From the NCBI GenBank assembly GCA_000708835.1, contig DF237034.1, positions 160,722-224,721 of the forward strand: a stretch of 64,000 bases of DNA, read 5' to 3'. The notes under the pieces are model-generated. The model worked only from the letters and a program-made list of their open reading frames with translations. It did not search any database and was not told the origin of the DNA. Position 1 is the first letter of the stretch, and each line of letters starts with the position of its first letter. Made by a program: the position numbers and the translations under genes. The DNA is from Klebsormidium nitens (Eukaryota; Plantae; Klebsormidiophyceae). Shown in pieces: positions 28,683-40,900 of the stretch.

Positions 28683-29798
28683 AACGGTAAATTTATCAAG
28701 CTAGACAGTGGAAAGGTCTGATGTCGAACCACGAATGGTTTTCGCCAGCTAGTACCCCTTAGTTGAGAGCAGTTCGGACCTGTGGCAGCTTAGCAGATAC
28801 CACCATTCAATCAACCGGTCCCATCTAATGTTGCACAGAGAAGTCGAGATAGCCTTGCCATGGCACACCGGGCGCAAGTACTTCAGCTCAGGCATGGCCG
28901 CGTTTAGTTGGAAGCTGCAGCGAATCTGCTCAAGGACCATCGTGACAATTGAGCGTGAGGCTGTCGCTATCAACATGTTCCTGAAACAATCAGAGAAGCA
29001 TTATAAATGGCCGCTGGCAGCAGATTTCTTGCAATCATTGGATGAGTTGACGAAGAAGCCAGACTGAACTATGGTAGTATCCTGGATCAAGTTGCATGCC
29101 ATTTAGTAAGCGTTCAAGCGAGTAGTACAGCAGGCCGCCAAACCGGCTCAATGATGCTCATACCTTGCATGGCCAGGCAGCCTGGCATGAAACGATTTAA
29201 TCCCATGTGGTGCATGTGCACTGGGTTGACGGTTGCACCATGCAATTCGGCCGGCCGGCCCGCCCATGCATGCTTGCCAGGGCCCCATATATACTATATA
29301 GCTAGGCAGCTGAGCCCGCGCCGCGCCGGCCCATCGGGCCATGCATGCACTATAGCTCAGTGCAGATCGAGCCGGGATCTCCATGCCAGAGTGCCGCCAC
29401 ATGCGTATCATAGTATAGCTAGACGATACCGCAGTGGCGGCCATGCACGGCCTCATGGGCCTGATATCGTTGTATAACATGTGCCGTACGTAAACTATAC
29501 TCCAAAAGGCGTCGACCTGGCCGGGTCATGCCATGAACGAGCTGCACCCAGGCTCCATAACCCGGCCGACCACGCTCTAACTTAATCTGGGCACAAAGAA
29601 TGAGAATTGACGAAGCTTGTTTAAAGCCGCAGATGGTCTGTATAGGTGATTTAAAATGCGGCTTGCAAAGCCTGGGGCACGACAAGTCACTGACAATGCG
29701 GGACATGCGAATGAAACAGAGTTCTCTTAGCGCTTGAAAAGGACATTAATGGACTCGGAAGCCGTAAGTGGTTATAAACTTCTGTTTACGAAGCTGCT

Positions 29799-32700
29799 TT
29801 AATGTGTCCTTGCGTCGCCATCCTCCACGTCCGTTGTCTCACCAAACACTTCCGACAACGTTTGGTCATGGTCACCTCGGTATTGCTCCAGAAGGCTAGG
29901 ATCAGCAGTCTCCTCCGATGAACGAGCTTTTCTGTCCAAGAGCTCATAGCTAGAAGCGTTTAACGGCTGCCGTTCAGAGCTGTCGCCCCCAGTATGACCC
30001 GCGTGCATCCGCTGATACCTGGTCGGACGCCACTCACGAACGTCAGATCCTCAACAACCGCTTTCCTGGCTCATAAGTGGCTTTCAACGGCCGCCCGCGA
30101 ACGACCAACGTGCCTCATCCACAAGATGTGCAACAAGAAAGGCTCCGACAACGAAACTAGCGAAGTCCAAGCAAAGTAGGGGCGGAGAACGGAGGTCTTA
30201 CTTGATCAGATTGAAGATGCCGACCCCCGCGATCACAATGACGAGCCCCAGCACATTGATGAACCCAAACTCGTCGCCGAAGATGATCACGGACACCTGC
30301 ACGCAAGCAAGTAAAGGGACTTGGCGGCGTGCATTGACTGGGAGAACGGAATTGCTCATACCACAGGACGTCCGCAAAAGAGTGCAAAGGACAGCCTCGG
30401 ACGTGCAAGGGCAGCGAGTCCTTACCACGATTGTGACGCACTCCTTGACTACCCCGGCGATGGTCAGGGTGATGGCGCTCGTCTCGGAGATGAGCAGAAA
30501 CTCGGACATGATCTGCAGCGGAGCAAGCAGGACAGGCCAATATTGGAGGGGGGCAGACGAGCCAGCGTGGAAGCGCGCGAAGACGCAATGAGAGTGTGCG
30601 GAGAGCACAGATTAGATGCAAAGAGTAGATGCAACGAAAAGAAGGACATAATGGGCGGGTTAGACCTGAACGGGTTTAGAAGGCGAGTGCAAAGAAGGCT
30701 CACCATACAGAAGGCAAGGCATCCGCCAAACAGCATCAGCCCGATGCTTCGGAGTGCATGTTGTCGGGTGTTAAAGTAGGGCGTGGACCCCAGGCTGAGA
30801 AGGGGCTCCGTGCAGACTGACAGGAGGCCCAGCGACCCGGCCATGACGGGGGTCAGGTAGTACATCGTGATGACCGGGTTGTTCAGTCCTGCACACGAGT
30901 TTGGTGTCCGCTGAAGAGTCTGTCTAGGACCGAGAGTATCATGCAACTTCTCGGACTTAACCTGTGCCTACTCGCTCGGGCTTTCTTCAGCACTGTCTCG
31001 AAAGAGCAACCACACTCTCCGTCAAGTGATCCAGTACAAAAGAGATATGTTTCGGGAGCTTGCCCCCTATTGGTCCTCTAGTGGTACCCTGTTGATGTTG
31101 CTGATGCTGCAAAACACCTGCCATATCAGCTTTCGGAGTACCGTAGACCAAGGTAATGGTTCCGAGTAAATAAATAAAGAGATATGTTTCGGAAAGTCAG
31201 AAATTCGGCTTTCCCGTTCGGAAAGTGGAAATTCGGAAAGGTTCAAACATTCTGGAATGGTCCTCGGAAGCATCAAAACGGCCACTATAGCCCCAAAAAT
31301 CCGCTTTTAAGTGATCGAGAACATAGGGCATTCGGATTCTTGTCGGAATCAGCATAAGTAAACCCGCTTTCCTGGTCGGATTGTCGGAAATATTTCTAAA
31401 TAAAATCGTTCGGAATCATCACGTTGGAGTACGGTAGGTTCTTGAAGCTTTGTCCCGAACGTTGCACGGTGCCTGTTTCAAATTGTTTCGGCACAATTGT
31501 CAGCACTCACCCAGCTTCTCCCTTTGGAGGAGAATCTGCGTCAGTGTCCACCGAAAACCGGCAGCCCCAGACGCCAACATCACCAGAATGAAGCCCCACA
31601 GGTTGAACTGAGTTTCGCCGGCAACTGTCGAGAGGAAGCCTCGATTTTCGTTTTGAACAGCGTTCGCCTTGGTGCGTTGCAAGTTGTCAAATAGATTTTG
31701 GTTTCGTCCAAGCAGAGGCTAAAGCTGTGTTCTCGTGCATTGCTGATACGATTCAACAAGAGTCTTTCTCTGTCACTCGAGTTCAAGTACGCAGGGTGCA
31801 TGCAAAACCGCCTTTGAGCTGCCTTCTCACCTGTAAAGATCTCCCCAACGCAGATGATGACAATAACCCCGGCCAGACTCCAGCTCGGTTTCTCTAACCT
31901 GTTTCAAGCACCCAGCACATGAGTGCGAGTGAAAAACCACCTCGATCCGAGACTTTTCACCACCACTTGAATCTTACGATTTCGAGAGTTGCAAATCAGG
32001 TAAGCATATTGCCGACTACCTCAACTTCAGAACATTGTTCTCCAGGTTCGGGCTGCTCACCGGAACAGGAAGGCGAAGAGCACAAGGAATACCGGAGCGC
32101 TTGACTTGCACTGTTGGAACAGCCAAGGAGAAATTGGTAAGATGCCGGAGGGAATTTATCACCACCACGAACCATCTTTCCAGGCCAGAGAGAAAGCAGC
32201 GTGCTCATCAACCACCCATGCCAGGAAATTGCCCTTGCACTTGCCCTGAGAAACATAAGGGTTCAGAACGCACCATTGTGTAGAAGCTGACAGTGACCAA
32301 CACCAAGGACAGATTTGAGAGACCAACGTCAATCGCCGTCCCAGTGCCAGTAGGCAACACTGCAGACAAGGCAGGATAAATTGAGTATCTGGGGTGCCAG
32401 CAAAAGAAAGCTGCTACCAAAGAGAAGGAGGAGGGCTTTGGCGAAAGAAACAGGCAACAAGCATGATGGCACCGCACACTGTGTATGCGGCGCTGTCCGA
32501 TTCAGAAGGATCTCTGCGCAGTGGACAACTTCATATGCCCAGAATCGCTTTCAAAACAACATCTTAAGAGGCAAACAACATCTCAAGAGGCAAAGAATTT
32601 GCAAAGTGCATTTGATCCTTCAGTGTATCAACAGCCAAGGGGAGACTACCTTTTGTAACGTAGTCAAACCATGTGAGCTTGCTTGAAGGTCTAAAGTAGG

Positions 32701-33376
32701 AGCCACAGCTGTGCAGAAGCAGTGCCGAGAAGCAGAATTGCATGATGAAGTGGCATGTGGTCATCAGCAAAGGGGCGGGGAACTTTCCCATCTTTGCCCC
32801 AAGCAGAAACTTATTGTATCTGCACAGATGAAGTAGTAATTTGTCTCTCTGTCCGCTGAAGCAAGATTGGGAACTGATGTAGAGGGCAGTGGCAGCACCA
32901 GAAAGTAGCGCCACAACGTCCAGAATCATACACCATCTGGCATGCGATTTCCCCGAGTAGATCATTCGCTTCGTCCCTGAGGGAGTTTACTCTAGGAGCA
33001 AGCAAGTCAGTTTTGAAGATAGAGCAACTTACAAGCTCAGGAGAATGCTGAAGAGGTACCACAGGGTGATCAGAGACAAAGTTTTGATGAGCTTGACCGC
33101 CAGTGGATTTGCTGAGACCCAGTGCGTCCATGCATTCCGATATGTGCTGTCTAGCAAATCGAATTCCTCGTCATCCGACAAGCTGTATGCCCTCTTGCCG
33201 GTTGGAGACCAAAAATGATCAGCATCGCTCTGGCTGGTACTAGCCCCCCGAAACGCGGCATTGACTGACGTGGGCCGCTCGTTCAGATCAGGAGGGCCCT
33301 TGTCTTCTGCACCATACGTGCTTTCCATGGAGCTCTGACCCGCATCGTCTCTTCGATGATAAGCTGCTGGCTGCAT
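29799..33376 (-). CDS. Nucleotide-sugar/triose-phosphate translocator family (SLC35C2-like) transporter
   Basis: The exons give TLSLITLWYLFSILLSL|YNKFLLGAKMGKFPAPLLMTTCHF, VLPTGTGTAIDVGLSNLSLVLVTVSFYTM|CKSSAPVFLVLFAFLF|RLEKPSWSL, GFRWTLTQILLQ, MYYLTPVM and EFLLISETSAITLTIAGVVKE. First ATG at 33376, stop at 29799. The 3' exon junction is uncertain. Confidence 0.9.
31141..31434. mobile_element. 294-bp MITE with imperfect TIRs and TA flanks (Tc1/mariner-pogo type), inside a transporter intron
   Basis: Left end TA|CCGTAGACCAAGGTAATGGTTCCGA; reverse complement of right end TA|CCGTACTCCAACGTGATGATTCCGA. TA is at 31139-31140 and 31435-31436. The interior is AT-rich, non-coding and carries many TTCGGA/TCCGAA motifs. 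Confidence 0.72.
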
Positions 33377-34279
33377 TGTAGAACGCAATGGCACGTTCGA
33401 TACTTCGCACACCAAGGTTTTCTATCTTGCAAGCAACTTGATCTGAAACCGTCTGCACAGATATGGCCAGTCCTCTAATTGCCACCTGAACCGGTCGGAT
33501 ACCACACCAATCAGAGCGCCAAGATGGCAAACCTGATACCCAATTCTTCACCAGCTGACAAAATATATCAGGAGCTACAGCCTGTGATCGTGGGCATCCC
33601 ACCCAAAGGCCTCCAAGATTCTTGAACGGTGAGAGGGATAAATTGCACTCAATAGCAGATTCCGAGATGGAAGGCGCCTGAGTCCTGACCAATGCCTTCG
33701 CATTCAGCCACATTCAGCGCAGAATATCCTTTGCAGAGACACCATTGACCGTCGTCCCCGATGCCAATGGCAGCCGCAATATACCTATGATTAGGGTTTC
33801 CGCGCACCCAGCTGGTGCATGAGCTCTGCGCAAAAGTCTGCAGCAGCAACTAGACATACAACACAATGTGGCAGCCGGGCAGGCCATTGTCCGATCGTAG
33901 CCGTGAATGAAAGCACCGCTGAATGTGTATCCAGCGGTTTAAAAGCCCTGTGCAGTAAGTCGACAATGGCTCCACGTGCTTGTAGGTCGACCACACCAAC
34001 GAGATCCGACCGTCCATATCAGTCATCGGTAGGTGCGAGATTGCTTTCCGCCTCAGGCTGCGGCCAGTGCGAGCTGGACCCAAGCCGTACTTTTCGCACT
34101 CGCCGCCTGCAAAGTTCTGTTCTGCCTGTGCAGCACAGCTACTCGGACCTGATGTGGAGCAGCCATGTCCTCTGGCCGCATTCAACCGAGCAGAATCCTA
34201 AGCAGCACAGTACAGCGTTGACAACCCGGCTGTTCGTGTTTGTGAAGTAATTGCTAACAGGCTTGGTCACCTGCTCGTC

Positions 34280-36140
34280 ATGGCGGCGGCGCGTGTGCCT
34301 GGCCGTGGCTTGCCGTTCGGTGCGCTGCTTCTCTTTTGCCTTCTCAGCACGTCAGGCTGTCCTACTGCGCTAGCTCAGGCAGCCTCTCCCGGGGCCACCC
34401 TGCTGGAGATTCTAACGGGCCTGCTCAACAGCACAACGTATAGCACAGTGGTGCAGGCGGTGCTGTACGCCCACCTGACCGGCCCCGTCAGCACCCTGGC
34501 AGACACGACAGGCATCACCATTTTCGCTCCTTCTAATACTGCTTTCCAGGCTCTGGGCAATGGCGTCATCGCGTGCCTCATCAACCAGCCGGACGTACCG
34601 CTGCTGACCAGTGTCCTGGAGTACCATGTCATCAAGGGCGTCTATAACTCCAGTACGCTTGTTGCAGCAGCCCCAGTGGTGAGCGGGGCTGCCGAGCTGG
34701 GCCTGCATCTGTTGAACGGCGTCGCTTTTAATGTGACGAAACTTTATTCTACACTTCTTGGCAGTACGCTTAGACCATGTATCTCGTTGATATCTAGTCG
34801 GTGTATGTCTCTTCAATTCACACGTTCTTGGCAGTATGCTTAAGTGTATGTATAACTGTAGATTTTCCGTTCATTCTTGGCCTGCAGGGCCAGCGCTTGC
34901 GGGCGCAGTGTTCTTGACATCTTCTTGGGCATAAGTTTTTACAGAAAGCTTCTTGGCTCCTATTGCGCGCTTCAGCCCGTCTGCTGTTGTTAAACTGACA
35001 ACCCGCAATTATTGTGCGGGCTTTCTGGGGCAGGATGGGTGCCCCTCTGTTTCCTTTATGTTGCCCAATATCCCCTCAATCTAGCACTCCACCTTTTCAT
35101 GATGTTTTGTTAGTTGATCGCTTACTTGGCGGCGCGTCTCTTGCAGAGTCTAGCCTCCGTCAATGGCAAGGAGCTCAATTTCACCACCCAGGGATCCTCT
35201 TTGCTTGGTAAGCAGGACGAGCTCTTGACGATGATACGACCAATCATACGACCGTGCAACTTAGTGGTCCGCAAGGTCATGGACTCTGGATGCATTGATG
35301 CGAAAACTTTTCTTCTGGAAGACGGTCCTGTGCTCCCTGTCGCACAACGCTTTGCAGTGGGGACATCTGCGGATTCTTAAGGTACACCAGGAGGTCAGCT
35401 GTGGTGAAAAGATTCTACGAAAGTCATCAGCAGACTCAAGTTCAGTGTTTGCAAGGTCTGCCCCAAGAACTCCCAGAAGCCCTTCGGTTGCTCCTGCAGT
35501 GAACGGTGTGAACATCACCGCTGCGAACGCCGTCCAGCTGCCCGGCAGTGCGGTGGTGCACGGGCTGCCCGCGGTGCTGGTGCCCCCAGGGGGCCTCGCG
35601 GCGGTGCAGGCGCTCTGCTCCAGCCCTGCCAACCTCACAGGGGGGCACCCCCTGCCAACTAATGCAACGCCCGCGGCAGCTCTCCCTCCGACGGGGGCTG
35701 CACCCCAAACTGGCGGTAAGGACACAAAGTTGGGGACGTGACTTGGTGTAGTTTCACTGCCCCACCCTTCTTGGCCTCCTTGTCTTTGCCCTAGCTTCAA
35801 CTGTTCTTTTCCTTTTGCCATGTCCCTTTGATTGCAAGCGGCCGCGAGTTGACTCACCACAAATTCCATTCAGTGGTCAACTTTACTTTGACCACCACAT
35901 CAAACGGATAGCTTTCATGGAGATTATTAGGGGCTCTTGATTTGTAGGCTCTTTTCTGAAGTGAGTTGCGGACATATGTCATTTCAATGTTGTGTGGCGC
36001 ATTTGACTTTCTTCTTCGCAACCTACGCAACTGATTCAAGCAGTATATATCTTGCAGGTGCACAGCTTGGTGGGCTGCATCGAGAAAGCTTTGTTGGGAT
36101 CCTCGTTTTGAGTTGCTGCTTGCTTCAGTTCCTTCTATAG
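34280..36140 (+). CDS. Fasciclin-like arabinogalactan protein (single FAS1 domain, signal peptide, probable GPI signal)
   Basis: It has a signal peptide (LPFGALLLFCLLSTSGCPTALA) and FAS1 motifs ITIFAPSNTAF, LEYHVIKG and AVVHGLPAVLVP. A P/A/T-rich linker precedes the hydrophobic tail ESFVGILVLSCCLLQFLL*. Approximate exons 34280-34678, 35146-35208, 35499-35715, 36058-36140. Confidence 0.88.
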
Positions 36141-37962
36141 TAGTTACATGGCATAGCATCTTTTTTCAAAAAGTCATCTCTACGTAGTCAAAAGATAACT
36201 GGGCATACCAGCTCGCTTGGGTGGCCCGTAATACAGAAAGAGCTTGCTAGCCGTAGTTCTTTTCAGTTGAGCTTGAATCCAAGTGCCAGCAGTGGACTAA
36301 AAGTGACAAAAGGTGTAGTGTATATTACAGTCAAGTCATGGTGCAACAAGTAGAAGTATGATTTTCGAAGTTGAAGGCTGGTCAGTCACGCCGAATGCTG
36401 CCCTATAGGATTCCGGGATGCTTAAATTATATGTGTAGTTGTGAACTCTGTCGATCGGTACGTATATGGTCTTCTGGGTGTAAACAAGAAAGTTGGGACA
36501 CCCTGTCGTGTGTTTCGTGATAGTCTTTCAACGACTTCAGTCAATTTCGGTTGAACACCATTGAAACAAAGTTTACATGCATGGTGTGATGGAGGCTTAG
36601 TAGGGCTGTGTACGTCAATCCTTATCATTCACGTACTGGTTCCAATCTGATTGTCGTGCAAGTCCAGGTTGCAAGCCGCCTCGATTAATTTTAATGGCTA
36701 TATATCTAACCTTGAAAGCGCCGCAGCCGCCCCGCCCAACTCCGGAGTCCTGGCGATATGATAAAAGTACCATCACCTATGCATGAGGCCGGATTGCTGC
36801 ATAGGTATTGCACATGGAAAATATGCGATTAGTACTGAGCAATTAGTATGGAAAGATCCGACCATATGCATATGGTCGGAGCGCCCATGGGCGTTCAGGT
36901 CTTTTTATTTGAATCGACATGATCCTCTGAGGCAACATCATTACCGTATAGCAACCTGCATCAATGAGAAGGGCGATCAACGAATAGGTATATCTCGGAA
37001 CTTCTGGAGACCGCGGCGCATGCCGCCGCCATACCCAGTTGACTCCCGGAAATGTCGGTTACAGTAGTAAGGGCGGTTTTCCAATTTGAGAAGCTAGTTG
37101 CCATATCCGACATGATTTGAGAGTCTAGCTGCCTGTTGCATGCGTGCATGCTTTCCACGCATGACTCGATCCGAGCGCGGCAAGTTGCAACCCTGTGTCC
37201 AGCGCGGCTCATGATTCACGCGCAATCATCTGTCTTAAAAGCTCCTCCAACGTGCAGCTGAACTCAGACGCGTCTTTTTTGCACGCGTACCAATTGAAGC
37301 ACAACCGGCAACGCGTATTGTGTAGCTACCGTCGTTGTCATCAGCTAAGCCGTACCATCATTCGGTCGAGTGCTCGTGAATCAAGAGCTGAATCAAGCAC
37401 GTTGAAGTCAAGGTGTTACTTTACTCATCTCTAACTCCTGTTCCCGGCTGTTTGATTGAATGCATGTGCGACGTGCAATGGCACTGATTATCTTAGTACC
37501 TGGAATTCTTTGAATTCTGCACAAAGGGCTGCCCGTCAATGTCCTTTTGATTCAAACCAACCAATAACGGCCTTGGAGGAAGCAATTAGAGAAACAGCCA
37601 ATCACCTCGGTGATATCGCCATAGCTTTTCTGCTCTATGATCTTACCCTGTGCTAAAGTGGACAGAACGAGGCTCAAAGAAGAGATAGAGATTAACAGGC
37701 CCTAAGACTCTGCGGTTTCGACACCTCTCCTTCTTTGCAAGGACCTAAGAGGAGGACCCCACGCGGGATCCTCCGTGACTGTCCCAACCAGTTATGCAGG
37801 CGTCTAATATGAGTGATCCTAATGTTCCCTTGTCCATTTGAGAGGCCTGTTTTGAGTGGTCCTAACTTCTGGACATGCTACCTGTTCCGCTTTTCAGCCT
37901 TCTTTGGCCCAGACTTGCTTCTCTCTTGCAACGCACCGGCTAGAGCACCGACTCCTTTCAGG

Positions 37963-40900
37963 TCAAGCGACTCTGACTTGTTCCTCTAGATGCCGCTTGA
38001 TCGCGTCGCTAGTGCAGTAGGCAATCGACTGTAAAAGGAAACGTCATGCACTCATCACGGAGCCCACAAGGCACATGTCACTTGCCACTACCATAGGGAA
38101 GGCTCTACTGTGGTCAAAAGATAGGAGAAGAATGGCGCGCCGACTACTCACGATCGTCTCGAAGCAACGTCGGGGGGGCCTGCCGGCGATGCTTCTTGAG
38201 ATCGAATGCCATATCATGGCGCTTTCTGGTATTTTCCGAAATGGGGGTTCTTTTAGGAACCGCAATTGACGGCTGTGGCTTGAAGATCGTTGCCGCATAC
38301 AAAAATTGAAAGCTTGAGTACGTGGCCACGCTTTTACGTGACAACGATGTGGGGGGGGTGGGGCCCTGACCTGCACGGTGATCATGGGGTTGGTCCCCGA
38401 CGCGGTGGGCAGCACGCTGGCGTCGCCCAGGAACAGGCCCGCCACCTCCCAGCTCGCGCAGTCCGCGTCCACCACGGACGAGCGCGCGTGCACGCCCATG
38501 CGACAGCTGCCCATCTGCACATGACGTTATGCCTCACCGGCTCAGAGAAGAGCACGGCACGTGGCAGGAGCTTTGTTCTGCTATGCGGAGGCATGTCGCA
38601 TCAAAACGCGGATGGCAGTAACCACCTGTGTTATGCGGAGTGGGTGCCTGACGTGCGCTGAGCAGGACGCGTGGCTGAAACTCTTCTCTGACAACAACAC
38701 TCGTTTCAGCGACTTCGCGGTCATGACTTTGCGTGCTCTGCCGTTCAAGCAAGAAGCGAATGCGGCGCGCCCACCTGGTGCGCTGAGGCCAGGGGCGCGT
38801 CGTGTTTATGGACGCCCCGCTTGCGCAGGCCCGCCAGCCAGGTCTCGAAGCGCGGGTCCACCTCACCCGGCACAGCGGGGCAGAACCGAGGGCCGGCTGC
38901 GTGGAAGGAGCCAACCTGCAAAAAAAGAGCCAAGCACCTTTGTGGTTAGAAGCAAGCTTTCAAATTCGTGTCGCCCATACGCGTCTATTCGGCAAACATG
39001 GACGGTCATGCTGCAGACCCGCCACGAAAGATTACTTCGAGCACCCAGGTGGAAGCGCTCTCGTCGAATCTTGCATCACGCGCACTCTATGTCTCCAGAA
39101 TCCTTCGCCAGTGACGGGCACCAAGTGACACCGCAAGTCAAGCGCCACTCGGCTGCCCCTCTGCCCCTCCTCACCTCGTGTGCGCCGGCCGCTGCCAGCA
39201 CGCGCAGGTTGTGCTCCGCGCTGGTGAGGAGGACCCCCCGGTCCGCCTCCCCCGGCCAGTATTGCACCACGGGATGGCCCCGCCGGCTGGCACTGACGCG
39301 GCCCTCCGAGCGGTCGCGCGTAATCCCGATCAGCACCACCGTGCGCGCGTAGCGGGTCATGCGCGNNNNNNNNNNNNNNNNNNNNCGGTCGACCACGGGA
39401 CGTGGCCCCGCCCGGGCCGTCGGCGACTCGACGCGGCCGTCCCGACGCGGTCGCGCGTAATCCCGATCAGCACCACCGTGCGCGCGTAGCGGGTCATGCG
39501 CGCCTTCATGTCCGCCCCCGACGTCCACGGACAGTTGGCCGCGAAAATGGCTGCGGGGACCACGGAGTGCAGTCAGCGAGGGGAGGACGAGGGGCGACTG
39601 ACCCGTGCACTCTCTCGAAGAACTTGAAAAAGCTTTCGAAGTCAAGCCGCGTGGAAAGATAGCTAATCGCCACTAGTCATGTTGTCGGGTTATTGTGGTT
39701 CTCCTGCCGTCTTTTCCAATGCGGTGCACATTTTGGACTAAGAGAACTGTACGAACCGCGGTGTAGGAAGGAACAGCCCAGAAAACTCGCGGCCAACTTC
39801 TCCCCCACGAGCATTAGGAAAGTGGGATGCTCACAGCCCTCGCGGAGCATTTCGGTGTGGAGCATCGCATGAGCACGCAGGGCGCAGACTGACCGGGGTG
39901 GGCGGAGGCGGTCATGAGCAGGGCCCCATAGCCGGTGGTGTTCCACTGTGCGACGTGCCGGCTGAAGGCCGTCATGATGCCGCCCTCGTACATGCGCCCG
40001 GGGGGGCCCTCCCCTGCACAAGCCAATCGCGCAGGTGAATGCTCAGCATGCGAATCATTAGACATCGACGCAATGAGCGTGCGCAGAAATCGCGCTGAGG
40101 GAGTGCAATCCAAGCCTGGCCGCCACTGCTTTCTGCTAGACAGACAGCCGGTATGACACGCAGGTCAAGAAGGCATTAACGCGGTGCAAAAGGATCGAGG
40201 AGATGAAGAGCCGACGGAATGTTCCGCTCTAAGCATGCCCGGGAAAAAACGACTTCATGATCGGTGTCCCAGCGATGAAGGAAGCCGGCTCTCACCTTCC
40301 GGGAAGTAGCCCCACACCAGCGACACGGGGTGCACATGCAGATGCTGTCCGATGTTGGAGTTCTCGAGCCCGCTGCAAGTAAGGGCCGTTGCCTGTTGAG
40401 TATGTCCCAATATGACTTGAAAGCCGACTTCCCGCTTTCCAGTTTTGGCTGCGCAAAAAGGTAACTTCGATACCTTGAATTCGATTGACCTCCGAAGTGA
40501 ACGTGCGCCCAGGAGCATCTCGAACTTTTTCCCGCTGTCAAGCAGGGGCGTAGATGAAAGGATTTGCGGGTTGCCAGGGCACGACCTAGGCGGTAATTGC
40601 CTTCGAACTTGCACAGCCAGTTCTCGGCAAGAACCTTCTTTCGATTCTGCGCTATGGAACAAACAGGGTATAACCAGATTGTCGCTCCGCAACTGGCGGC
40701 CCCTGATTCGACAGGGACGTTGCGCCCCGTACCTCCTGAGCAGCAGTGGCGGCGTGTGGAGGGACCCCGCTGCCGCCACCGTGACCCGGGCCTCCACTAC
40801 GAGCCGCCGCCCCCCCCCTGTTGTGGCGACCACGCCCCGCGCCCTGTGCTGTCGCGCGGAGAGGGGGTCCGGGTTGGGCTCCACCAGAATGCGGTCGGCA

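Noticed and set aside
28828-29067. 79-aa ORF after GrpE
   Set aside because: It lies in the probable 3'UTR, is short and has no family motif.
37456-37656. 66-aa ORF between FLA and FAO
   Set aside because: It begins at a non-ATG codon, has no motif and sits in a convergent spacer.
39311-39502. Apparent internal duplication of an FAO exon segment
   Set aside because: It flanks a 20-N gap, and the post-gap sequence looks like a noisy, indel-rich read end of the same region. This is an assembly overlap artefact, not biology.
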